The translations under genes and the position numbers were made by a program. Shown here in pieces: positions 38,315-47,689 of a stretch of DNA of 64,000 nt (positions are counted from its first letter, which is position 1; every line of letters starts with the position of its first letter). The stretch is from Eubacteriales bacterium (GTDB lineage Bacteria > Bacillota > Clostridia > Oscillospirales > SIG627): positions 26,797 through 90,796 of the forward strand of contig JAZSON010000021.1 in NCBI GenBank assembly GCA_045536965.1, read 5' to 3'. The notes beneath the pieces are model-generated. The model had not been told where the DNA came from, searched no databases, and saw only the letters and a list, made by a program, of their open reading frames with translations.

Positions 38315-38599
38315 ATGCAGGGTTACGGAACAATTATCATTATGGTATTACTTTTCGTTGTTCTTTATTTTGTCATGATCCGTCCCCAAAAGAAACAAGA
38401 GAGAGAAATCGCCGCTATGCGCGACAATTTGCAAATCGGTGATGAAGTTTCGACAAACGGCGGAATTCTCGGCAGAGTAATCAAAATCAAAGATGACATC
38501 GTTACTTTAGAGTTGGGCAATGATAAGAACAAAATCAAAGTGTTCAAATGGGCTATCCGCGCTGTGGAAGTCCCAGCCAACAGCAACGACGAAAAATAA
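38315..38599 (+). CDS. yajC: Preprotein translocase subunit YajC
   Basis: TM then YFVMIRPQKK, L.IGDEV.T.GGI.G.V. Confidence 0.95.
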   Translation: MQGYGTIIIMVLLFVVLYFVMIRPQKKQEREIAAMRDNLQIGDEVSTNGGILGRVIKIKDDIVTLELGNDKNKIKVFKWAIRAVEVPANSNDEK

Positions 38600-38608
38600 G
38601 ATTTTATA

Positions 38609-38646
38609 AGATAAAGGCGTGTATCAAAAGATACACGCCTTTATCT
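38609..38646. terminator. Bidirectional terminator between yajC and the beta-helix array
   Basis: AGATAAAGGCGTGTATC-aaaa-GATACACGCCTTTATCT perfect 17-bp stem. Confidence 0.85.
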
Positions 38647-38663
38647 ATTTCCGAAAACTCATA

Positions 38664-39142
38664 TTAAATTTGAACACCGTCAATGATTTCTATGATTCCA
38701 CGGCTGATTTCCCAAGCATTTTTACCTACATGGGCATTTTCAACCCGTTCGCCACGGGAGATTTGAAGGTGTTTGCCTGAAGTTTCAATATTATCATACA
38801 CAACATTGAAAGAAAAGTCCTGATGATCAACGGGGTGTCCGCGCAGGACGAATGGACGCCAAAACCATGCTGACCGACCGTCGCACCGTATACACCGTTT
38901 TGATCTGCATAATGCGTGTGATCACAATAATCGTAATATATACCGAGTTTTTCGGCCATCTGCATGGACGAGATCAATTCACTTCGTATTGCATCTTTTT
39001 GGGTCACTTCACCAGACTTTACAGCATTTTTCAACTGAATTAAGCGGGAAAGTATGGATGGATTATCGGGAAAATAACTGCGGGTCGGTAGATTGCTCAG
39101 CGCCAATTTATTTTGCAATGCAAGAGTTTGTACGGTTCTCAT
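38664..39142 (-). pseudogene. Internally deleted, frameshifted sixth paralogue of the beta-helix family
   Basis: First 95 codons match the family N-terminus (TRSYFPD..RLIQLKN.VKSG..ELIS..LG.Y.DY..YGA). A -1 frame at 38861-38664 encodes WRPFVLRGHP...VGKNAW...DGVQI*, the family C-terminus. Confidence 0.85.
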
Positions 39143-39200
39143 GATATGATCACTCCCAAATTAGCATACGAAAATCTCTGCATCGATTTTGTGTTGAAAA

Positions 39201-41666
39201 TTACTCTTCAATACCATCCATAACAGCGGTATTACCATTTTTAACGCCCCAAATATTTTTGCCGACCGTTGCATTTTTGACTTCTTCGCCCGCATAGAAG
39301 CTCAATGCAGAGCCAAGAACGGCGGGCATTTCATAAATGATGTTATAAGAAAAATCTTGTCTGTCGGTCGGAAGTCCGCGAAGTACATAGGGACGCCAAG
39401 GACCAAGGAACGTGTTGTTATGAATGATCATATACTCACCCGAGATAATGGTGCCGTCTTTACGGTCTGCCCCTCCGTGCATATCGAAATAGTGACCGAT
39501 GCTTTCGCCCATTTCAATGTTGTTTTCAGCCACAAAACCGCTCAAGGGGTTGCCTGTACCCGAGATGGAATGGCGGTTGTAGTTAAACATATTATAGGTG
39601 ATATCGCAATATCCCCAATCCAATTTAACACCGTATCCCAAACCGAGAAGTTGACAATGATGAATATAAGTGTGATGTACTTTGCAATGTTTGGGGGGAT
39701 TTTCTTTGTCGGAAATGGCAATTCCGATCGTGTTAAAAGCACAGACTTCAAGATTATCAAATTCTACATGGCTATACCCACACTGTACACCTAAATTGTT
39801 GGGAAGCTGCCAATAATAAGAGGGATTTTTCAGTTCACGGAAAGCACGTCTGTGATGCGCTATGTGACGGGCAGGGTCAGGACCTTTTAAAACAAGACCC
39901 GTAATGCGAGCGCCTTCTCCCCCGATTTTGATAATCGAAGGTCTTGCACACACCGAATTTGCTAAAACAGCACCCGTGGAAATACTGCCGTCTTCTTTTA
40001 CTCGACCGCGATCAGAGGCCAAGGTAACACCGGCGGGCAGGGTAAAGGTGCGAATTATGCCCTTTTGACAATCGGAAACGTTGATATAGGTGTCACCCGG
40101 TAAAAAGATCACCTCTCCTGCTTTGGCTACCTCGATTGCTCGCAGGAGTTCTTCTTCGTTAGTAACGATATAATCACCCGTGGTAAATATTTGGCTGTAA
40201 TCATAACCGCCGCCAATCATGTCACCATCAGAATATCCACCGTAACGCTGACCATCCGCGACAATAGACACCATATCTGTGTCAGAAAAATGCAAATAAT
40301 TGGCATAACCACCGATAGAAGCAATGACATTGTTGAGAGAATCAATAAAGTCATCGCCCCCAAACACATCTGCTTGAATCAATTTTTGCAACAAAATATA
40401 GCCGCTATCATCGGTTTCGGTGTAGTAACAAAGAGCCAAGGCGGGAAGGGTTATTTTTTGGGCGGGTTGCAACTCTTTATTTGCAGAGCCCGAAGCGGTA
40501 ACGCCAGCAAGCTGATCGCCGATCATTTTTCCACCCTCATAAACCCGGGGGGATGCAAGATCAAAAAGGTTAGAGGCAAATAATGCGGTAGCATCACCAT
40601 ATACAGAAGGCTTTGCAAGAAACAAATTGTTTTCAATTTGCAAAGAAGCGGTTTGGCTGTCGGCAGACAAGAAAGTCACCTTGGATAAGAAGGTGTTATG
40701 GGAAGCAGAATAACGACCGCTATATAGAGAGAAAAGGGACGAAACGACATTTCCCGCATCGACGTTGTCGGTGAAGTTGACATGGGAATTTTCTCCGCTC
40801 ATTGTAAGCACGGAGTTGACATTTGCAAACAGGTTAGATAAAAGATTGACTTTCGCATTTTCAACAGAGACGGCATGACCCGAAAGCGGGCTTAAAATAT
40901 CGTGGAAGTAGTTGTTTTGAATGGTCACATTTTCAGCATCCACAACGCGAACACCCGCACGGAAAAAACCGCAGATTTCACAGTTTTCGATAACGGCACC
41001 GTTTCCTTTGACGACAATACCGACAGAAAGGTTATAATCATGGTTTTTTGTATCATCCGAACGGTCGGGACCCTGAATGACAAGACCCGAGAGGCGTGCG
41101 TTTTTACCGAGAATAATGGCACAATTGGTAAAGGAGGTGACTTTTAAAATAGCACCGCCCGAACCGTCAACACCACGCTGACCGCACCAAGCGACATCAT
41201 CTTTCACCGTCCAAGTAAAATCAATTCTTTTGTCAACATATCCCTTCATATCACCACCGAGCAAGAAATCAGAAAGGTCCATAACCGATTCATCGGTAAC
41301 AAGGAGAATCTGCCCTTCTTTAAGGGTATCCAAAGCTAGATAGAGTTCATCATCGGTTTTTGCGGTCATATCCGCATTTTGGACAAGAGAATATCCTTCT
41401 CCGCCACCGATGGGATATTTTCCGCGCGCGGCACCAAAAGAAGTATCACCGACAGTGTAATGGATGTTGTTGTAATAATCAGCGTATGCACCAAGACGCG
41501 CAGCGGCGGTAAAGGTCGAGATCAATTCATTGCGAACGACAAAAGCATCGGATAAACGGCCACTTTTTACTTCGTTTTTCAAGTTGATAAGTCTGGTCAA
41601 AACAGTTGTATGATCGGGGTAATAAGCGCGAGTTTTCACTTTGGAAAGAACTTCGGTCGATTTCAT
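39201..41666 (-). CDS. Duplicated right-handed beta-helix protein, no signal peptide (paralogue 5)
   Basis: GVTLASDRG, ARITGLVLKGPD, HHTYIHH, GLGYGV, NYNRHSI, FDMHGG.DRKDG; AGGAG RBS before ATG 41666. Confidence 0.75.
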   Translation of the reverse strand: MKSTEVLSKVKTRAYYPDHTTVLTRLINLKNEVKSGRLSDAFVVRNELISTFTAAARLGAYADYYNNIHYTVGDTSFGAARGKYPIGGGEGYSLVQNADMTAKTDDELYLALDTLKEGQILLVTDESVMDLSDFLLGGDMKGYVDKRIDFTWTVKDDVAWCGQRGVDGSGGAILKVTSFTNCAIILGKNARLSGLVIQGPDRSDDTKNHDYNLSVGIVVKGNGAVIENCEICGFFRAGVRVVDAENVTIQNNYFHDILSPLSGHAVSVENAKVNLLSNLFANVNSVLTMSGENSHVNFTDNVDAGNVVSSLFSLYSGRYSASHNTFLSKVTFLSADSQTASLQIENNLFLAKPSVYGDATALFASNLFDLASPRVYEGGKMIGDQLAGVTASGSANKELQPAQKITLPALALCYYTETDDSGYILLQKLIQADVFGGDDFIDSLNNVIASIGGYANYLHFSDTDMVSIVADGQRYGGYSDGDMIGGGYDYSQIFTTGDYIVTNEEELLRAIEVAKAGEVIFLPGDTYINVSDCQKGIIRTFTLPAGVTLASDRGRVKEDGSISTGAVLANSVCARPSIIKIGGEGARITGLVLKGPDPARHIAHHRRAFRELKNPSYYWQLPNNLGVQCGYSHVEFDNLEVCAFNTIGIAISDKENPPKHCKVHHTYIHHCQLLGLGYGVKLDWGYCDITYNMFNYNRHSISGTGNPLSGFVAENNIEMGESIGHYFDMHGGADRKDGTIISGEYMIIHNNTFLGPWRPYVLRGLPTDRQDFSYNIIYEMPAVLGSALSFYAGEEVKNATVGKNIWGVKNGNTAVMDGIEE

Positions 41667-41809
41667 GGTAACAATCTCCTTAAAATGCAACAATTGATTT
41701 TTGATGGAAAAATCAGCTATGACATCACTTTGTTCGGTAAACGTATATGGCCGTTTAGAAAATCTTTGCCAAAACAGATAAAGACATCTTATGACACATA
41801 TACAGTTTA

Positions 41810-41838
41810 ATTTTACTTTATTATAATATAATAGTCAA
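41810..41838 (-). promoter_or_regulatory. SigA promoter for paralogues 5 and 6
   Basis: Minus strand TTGACT-17-TAAAAT just downstream of the 41851-41888 terminator. Confidence 0.6.
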
Positions 41839-41850
41839 GAATAAACGCGC

Positions 41851-41888
41851 AAAAAAGCGGCTATTTTCTTGAAAATAGCCGCTTTTTT
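41851..41888 (-). terminator. Terminator ending the three-lipoprotein operon
   Basis: AAAAAAGCGGCTATTTTC-tt-GAAAATAGCCGCTTTTTT. Confidence 0.85.
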
Positions 41889-41906
41889 CAGATGTGCTTA
41901 AAAAAT

Positions 41907-44789
41907 TTATCCAACTTTTAAATCTGTCAGATTCCAGAGATTTTTTCCTATCTCCAAACAAGCGATCGGTTGATTGGTGTAACGGTTGATCAAAAGCACA
42001 TTGCCAAAGGATTCTCTGGAAGCCAAGTGAATATTATGATGGAAGGTGCGCCCGACAGCCGGCACGCCGCGGTTGTTATAGGGGCGCATACTGCTCAAAT
42101 AAACGTTGTTATACACATCAATATATTCACCCGCGATATCGGTTCCGTCCTTGCGATCGGAACCGCCGTGCATATCAAAGTGATCTGAAATAGTCTCACC
42201 CATTTCTACATTACAAAACGCCGTATAGCCACATTTGGGTTTACCCGTCCCCGCCAGGGAGTGACGGTTATAGTTAAAGAGACAATAGCTGATTTGCGCA
42301 TTGCCTATACCGAAATTAACGCCATATCCCAATGCCTTCATTTGATTATGATGGATATAGTTGTGGTGCACCTTGTTATCGGTGACGGCATCGGCAGATT
42401 GGGAGAGTGCTGTAAACATGATGGCAGAAGACGAAAAACCGGAAACCTCACAGTTGTCAATTTCAAATCGGTTTGCGTTGATCTCAATACCCGTCGAGGG
42501 GGTTGCAAAGCTTAAATAGGTATGACCAAGCTGTGTGCCTGCCGAACCGTTGGTCTTACCGTCGAAACAACGATCCCAAAGCGCAAGGTGCCTTGCGGGG
42601 TCTGGCCCTTCGATCACGAGACCTGTGATGCGGATGTTTTCGGCTTCGATTCTGATAATGGGATCTTTATAAACCAAGGTGGATTTGATCATACCGCCCA
42701 CCGAAACCGATCCATCGGCATTGACATAGCCACGGTCCGAAGCAATGGTAACACCCTCCTTGGGTTTAAGGGTTGTCACCGTAGCATCCAAAGCATTGGA
42801 CAGATCGATCACGGTTCCGGAGGGAATATAGATGATCTCCCCTGCTTTCGCCTGAATCATTGCGGCAGAAAGAGAACTTAAATCGGTGGCAAAATATACA
42901 CCTTTTTCTGCTTTATCAAAGTGAAGAATATTGTTATATCCGACACCGCCGCCAAGAGGCTGACCGTCGTCAACGATACCGTAATTCTCACCATCTACAA
43001 CCGCAGAAAGATCATCCTTGTAGGTATAGAAATTAGTATAACTTCCAATTTGATTGATGACATCGCCAATACTCTTTTCAGTGCTATCGGTAATGTTCTT
43101 ATCTGCAGCCGAAAAGCCTTTATCGGCAAATTGCAAAAGAGCTTCGTAGGGAGAATCGTTAAAGTCGCTTTGGAAGCTGCCCGAGATAATATCGGGACGA
43201 ACGGTTTTTTGATAGCTTATTTTCGGCGCATCGATCTTTTGAAAAACCTGCGCAGACAAAACGGAGCTTTCCGCTACGCTGAAAGAAGAAAGCTTTGGAT
43301 TGTCCGATTTTTCGGGTGCACTGCCGCTTTTTGAAACCACTACAGGCGCATTTACATCATAGGCATTGCGCTCGAATTTAATTCTGGTTTCATAGATCGC
43401 TGCCAAAAGATGTGTCTTTTCTTCGTAAAGGATTTCATAGCAAGCATCGGGATAGCCGAAGTAATTGTTTTTGACGGTCAGTTGGAGGGGTAAACCTTTC
43501 AACAGGAAAGGATCGACCGCCGAAAGCAGGGTATTGTTTTCCAATTCAAAGGTATGAACACCGCTTCTGAAAGTGTCAAACTCGGCATCGAATTCAGAAA
43601 AAGCATTTGCAAGCAGTTGGAAATATTCTTTTGTAATGTTGCCGCCGTCTATGTTGTTTTTAAAAGAAACAACCGTTTCTTTTCCACCCATGGAAAGCAG
43701 ACGTGTTGCATGAGCAAAAGTATTGTGATGAATGTTTACAACCGACTTATCAACGCGAATGGCAATGCCCGCATCGTTTCCGCTGATATGATGAATATAG
43801 TTATGATCGATTTCGACATTGGATGCATTTTCAACCGTGATACCGTAACGGTAAAAACCTGAGATCTCACAGTTATCAATCCGCGCCCCATCCCCTTTTA
43901 CAACAATTCCGATGGAATGGTTGGCGGCAATGTTAGTAGCGTTATCAGGGGTATCACACCCCTGCAAAGTAAGACCGGTCAGACGTGCATCCGCATCCAA
44001 ACTGAGCAGCATGTTTACATAGGAGGTGGATTTGAGCACCGCGCCCTTCGAACCCGAATAACCGCGATCACCCATGAGTGTAACACCTGCGGGGATTTTA
44101 AACTCCAAAGGAACTCTTTCGACGTTGGAAGAATTCATAAAATCAACCAACTCACCCGCCAAAATCCAATCAGAAAGATCAATTACAGTCTCACCTGCGA
44201 TGTAAATAACATCGCCTTTTTTGGCGGCCTTCATCGCATCATAAAAATCATTGTCATTATGTACGACATAGGTGATTTTTTTAATGGGGATACCCGAATC
44301 GTAGCCGAAACCACCGCCAAGAGGCTTATCATCGGTTACAACGCCATAAGTGGTTTCAGTGTCCGAAATCGACGGATTCTCATAGAAATCATACAGCAAA
44401 TTCATACCTGTAGCTGTTTGAAGCAGGGAAAGACATTCCTTTCCAACCATACTTAAATCGGTTACATCGGTACCCAAAGCCGCATTTAAGGTGAAAAGCT
44501 TTGTTAAAAAGTTGTTATAATCGGGATAAAACGAGCGAGTTAAAATCGGGGCTTTCGCCAGTTGATTCTGCACCGCGATTATATCCGCCCCCCAAGTTTC
44601 GACGGGAGATTCGGACGTGGTTTGATCACTGTCCGTATCGCCTGCATTTGAATCTTCCGATGGGATTTTGTCATCATCCGTGGGGATTTCAAGAGTGTTT
44701 TCATCTCCGCAGGAAACGCAAAAGATCGAAAACAAAATGCAAAGTGCTAAAAGCAGTGAAAATATACGCTTATTTAATTTAAACTCCAA
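41907..44789 (-). CDS. Duplicated beta-helix lipoprotein (paralogue 4)
   Basis: Signal peptide ending FCVSC-GD, acidic linker, two PLGGGxGY...IDNCExSGF...HNYIHH modules, NYNRHSLAG, FDMHGGSDRKDGTDIAG. Confidence 0.75.
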   Translation of the reverse strand: MEFKLNKRIFSLLLALCILFSIFCVSCGDENTLEIPTDDDKIPSEDSNAGDTDSDQTTSESPVETWGADIIAVQNQLAKAPILTRSFYPDYNNFLTKLFTLNAALGTDVTDLSMVGKECLSLLQTATGMNLLYDFYENPSISDTETTYGVVTDDKPLGGGFGYDSGIPIKKITYVVHNDNDFYDAMKAAKKGDVIYIAGETVIDLSDWILAGELVDFMNSSNVERVPLEFKIPAGVTLMGDRGYSGSKGAVLKSTSYVNMLLSLDADARLTGLTLQGCDTPDNATNIAANHSIGIVVKGDGARIDNCEISGFYRYGITVENASNVEIDHNYIHHISGNDAGIAIRVDKSVVNIHHNTFAHATRLLSMGGKETVVSFKNNIDGGNITKEYFQLLANAFSEFDAEFDTFRSGVHTFELENNTLLSAVDPFLLKGLPLQLTVKNNYFGYPDACYEILYEEKTHLLAAIYETRIKFERNAYDVNAPVVVSKSGSAPEKSDNPKLSSFSVAESSVLSAQVFQKIDAPKISYQKTVRPDIISGSFQSDFNDSPYEALLQFADKGFSAADKNITDSTEKSIGDVINQIGSYTNFYTYKDDLSAVVDGENYGIVDDGQPLGGGVGYNNILHFDKAEKGVYFATDLSSLSAAMIQAKAGEIIYIPSGTVIDLSNALDATVTTLKPKEGVTIASDRGYVNADGSVSVGGMIKSTLVYKDPIIRIEAENIRITGLVIEGPDPARHLALWDRCFDGKTNGSAGTQLGHTYLSFATPSTGIEINANRFEIDNCEVSGFSSSAIMFTALSQSADAVTDNKVHHNYIHHNQMKALGYGVNFGIGNAQISYCLFNYNRHSLAGTGKPKCGYTAFCNVEMGETISDHFDMHGGSDRKDGTDIAGEYIDVYNNVYLSSMRPYNNRGVPAVGRTFHHNIHLASRESFGNVLLINRYTNQPIACLEIGKNLWNLTDLKVG

Positions 44790-44794
44790 TCATT

Positions 44795-47656
44795 TTAGTT
44801 AAGTCCCGGATAGCCGGTTTCAACCTTTGTGTTACCGTTACGGATATTCCAAATGTTTTTACCGACCGAAGTATTCGGGCATACAATACCTTTATACGAA
44901 TAATGGCTCAAATAACTGCCATAGAAATCAATGGGTTCATAAACCATATTATATTTAAAGGTTCTTCTTTCAGTGGGAATACCACGGAGGTTATAGGGGT
45001 TATTGGAGCCAAGGAAGGTATTATTATAAATATCACAGTATTGACCTGCAATATCGGTACCGTCTTTGCGATCTTTTCCGCCGTGGAAATCGAAATAGTC
45101 GCTGACACTCTCGCCGAATTCGATGTTACAATAGGCTTTATATCCACTGTTTTCATAACCTGAAGCGGCAATGGAATGGCGGTTATAATTAAAGTAGTTA
45201 TGGTCGATGGTAATATAACCGTAAGTAATGGAAACGCCGTAACCAAGACCTTTCAAGCGGCAATGATGGATATAGTTATGATGAATATGAATGTTCTTGG
45301 ATGCGACCTTGTTTTTACCCTGCACGTATATACCACCGTGTGAGAAGGATGTGATTTCACAGTTATCGATCTCAATGTTGCTACCTTTGACGATGACACC
45401 ATCGGTTGTAATCAGTTGGTAATAATACTTGTGAGCAAGGGGATCTTGGAATAGATTGAAGGAGCGTGTGTGATGGGCTTCGTGTGCGGAAGGGTCAGGG
45501 CCCATAACGACCAAACCCGTCAATCTCGCATTATCCTCTTCCATATATACAGCACCCGTTTTAGAGAAAACCGCTACTTTGAGAATCGCCCCCGTAGAGA
45601 TGGTACCATCTTCATTGATATAACCGCGGTCGGAGGCAAGAGTTACACCCTTGCCGATATATATGGGATTGACTTCACTTGATGAAGCTTCGGAAAGCTC
45701 GATAACAGTGCCGCCGGGAATGAATACAACCTGACCTTTTTTTGCTTTTTTTAAGGCACTCTTCAAAGAACTGTAATCGGTGACAACATAATCGCCTGTT
45801 GTGTATATTTCTTTATAACCGACACCGCCGCCGACCTCACCCATTTCATCGGCGTAGGCACCGTATATTTGATTTTTGACAGTCACCGTAATCAAGTTGC
45901 GGTCGACATACTCCAGATATTGAGAATAACCGCCGCAAATACTGGTGCTGCGACGCAATTCTTCGCAAAGTTTTTCAGTGGTGTATAGATCGACAAAATC
46001 TCGGAGTTGTTCCAAATACACAACATACAGATCGTCTTCAGGGGTAAAGTAAGAGGCGGACAAAACGGGTAAAGGCAGAATAGTTTCATATTCAACCGTC
46101 AAATAGGGATTGATTTCGGGGTTATATGCAGTTAATTTATCTGCAACCAGTTGACTGTAACTGCCAAGCCGAACATCCTCGCTTTTTTCGGGATTGGCAG
46201 CACTTCTGCTTGCAACAAAGGGATCGCGCACATCAAAAGCATTGTTTTGGAAAATAAAAGTGTCGTATACCGTTTGATCTAAATTTTCGATGGTTTCGGG
46301 AGAAAAGTCATAAAATTGCTCATCATAACCGAAAAGATTGTTTTTAAAGGCAACGTTTTGCGGCAAGCCGAGCAACTCAACAGGAGTGGTCAGCGAAAGA
46401 AAAAGGTTGTTTTCGGCCACAAAGGATTTGATGCCCGCAGGGAAAGGTGTGGTCTGTTTTTTGCTTCCGTTGGTACCGAGTTTAAAGAAAACGCCCTCCA
46501 AATTTCCAACATCTACGTTGTTTTTAAAGGTAACATCCGCCTTGGAGCCCGCGGCATAGACCATGGATCTGACTGCAGAAAAGAGATTATATTCAATATT
46601 GACGGTGGCATTTTTGACACGGATAGCCGTTCCTGCATTGATACCGTCGATATGGTGGAAATAGTTGTGATCGAGCCTTACGCCCTTTACACCATCAACC
46701 TCGATGGCGGTATGGTAAAAGCCGGATATTTCACAGTTGTCCACCCTGGCATTGCTTCCCTCGATACGAATACCGACCGAGAGATTGGAGGCCGCATTGG
46801 TGGTCGAATATGCGTTATCGGGACCTTGAATGACAAGCCCCGAAAGACGAGCGCCTTTTTTTAAGGTGAACAAAATATTGGTATAAGAGGTGACTTTGAT
46901 GATGGCGCCATCACCGTTTTCACCACGCTCACCGCGCAAAACCACTCCTGCGGGAATAACCATATCCAATGGAATGCGCTGGCCCGTAAATCCTGTATAA
47001 TCTCCCGCGCAAATAAAGTCGGACATGTCAATGCAGACGGCGCCTCTTACAACGATCACATCGCCTGATTTTGCATAAAGCAGAGCGTTTTTCAGTTCAT
47101 CGTCGGTCGAAACATACATGGTAGCTTTTTTATACGAGCTGTTATACCCTTCGCCGCCGCCGATGGGGTTATCATCGGGTTTGGCACCGAAAATCTGCTC
47201 GTTATCCATGACAAAGGGTTGCGCCGCATAATCATAATAGAGTCCTAAATCTTCATTCATTTTCAAAAGACGCGTTAATTCACTTACGATTATATTATTA
47301 TCAGTGATTTGCCCGTTTTGAATGGCGGCGCGCAAAGTCTCGGCATTGCGGATAAATTCCATGGTATCGGGATAGAAGGTACGCATGGAAATCGGTCTTT
47401 TCGAAAGTGCGTTTTGCAAAACCAAAGGCGTAAATACATCATCGTTCGGAGCCGGTTCATCAGGCTTTTGCTCCTCGTCCGAATCACCGGGTTTGTCTTG
47501 CGTCGGCGTATCCGCGCTGTCATCTCCCCCCTGCACATCGGACGAATCATCCTGTCCGCCACTCGGTTTTGACATTTCCTCGTTGCCGCAACCGACAAAG
47601 CTATAAAGCAACATGGAAAAAATTAAAAGTAGCACAGCAATTTTTCTAAAATGCAT
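44795..47656 (-). CDS. Duplicated beta-helix lipoprotein (paralogue 3)
   Basis: GGAGG RBS; signal peptide ending FVGC-GN; Asp/Pro linker; same two modules; FDFHGGKDRKDGTDIAG. Confidence 0.75.
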   Translation of the reverse strand: MHFRKIAVLLLIFSMLLYSFVGCGNEEMSKPSGGQDDSSDVQGGDDSADTPTQDKPGDSDEEQKPDEPAPNDDVFTPLVLQNALSKRPISMRTFYPDTMEFIRNAETLRAAIQNGQITDNNIIVSELTRLLKMNEDLGLYYDYAAQPFVMDNEQIFGAKPDDNPIGGGEGYNSSYKKATMYVSTDDELKNALLYAKSGDVIVVRGAVCIDMSDFICAGDYTGFTGQRIPLDMVIPAGVVLRGERGENGDGAIIKVTSYTNILFTLKKGARLSGLVIQGPDNAYSTTNAASNLSVGIRIEGSNARVDNCEISGFYHTAIEVDGVKGVRLDHNYFHHIDGINAGTAIRVKNATVNIEYNLFSAVRSMVYAAGSKADVTFKNNVDVGNLEGVFFKLGTNGSKKQTTPFPAGIKSFVAENNLFLSLTTPVELLGLPQNVAFKNNLFGYDEQFYDFSPETIENLDQTVYDTFIFQNNAFDVRDPFVASRSAANPEKSEDVRLGSYSQLVADKLTAYNPEINPYLTVEYETILPLPVLSASYFTPEDDLYVVYLEQLRDFVDLYTTEKLCEELRRSTSICGGYSQYLEYVDRNLITVTVKNQIYGAYADEMGEVGGGVGYKEIYTTGDYVVTDYSSLKSALKKAKKGQVVFIPGGTVIELSEASSSEVNPIYIGKGVTLASDRGYINEDGTISTGAILKVAVFSKTGAVYMEEDNARLTGLVVMGPDPSAHEAHHTRSFNLFQDPLAHKYYYQLITTDGVIVKGSNIEIDNCEITSFSHGGIYVQGKNKVASKNIHIHHNYIHHCRLKGLGYGVSITYGYITIDHNYFNYNRHSIAASGYENSGYKAYCNIEFGESVSDYFDFHGGKDRKDGTDIAGQYCDIYNNTFLGSNNPYNLRGIPTERRTFKYNMVYEPIDFYGSYLSHYSYKGIVCPNTSVGKNIWNIRNGNTKVETGYPGLN

Positions 47657-47689
47657 TATAAAAAACCTCCGTTTGTTTTGCATAGGTCA

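Noticed and set aside
38855-38868. Programmed -1 frameshift joining the two fragments of paralogue 6
   Set aside because: There is only a 4-T run and no X XXY YYZ slippery heptamer. The fused ~160-aa product would lack the whole beta-helix core, so a deletion scar is simpler.
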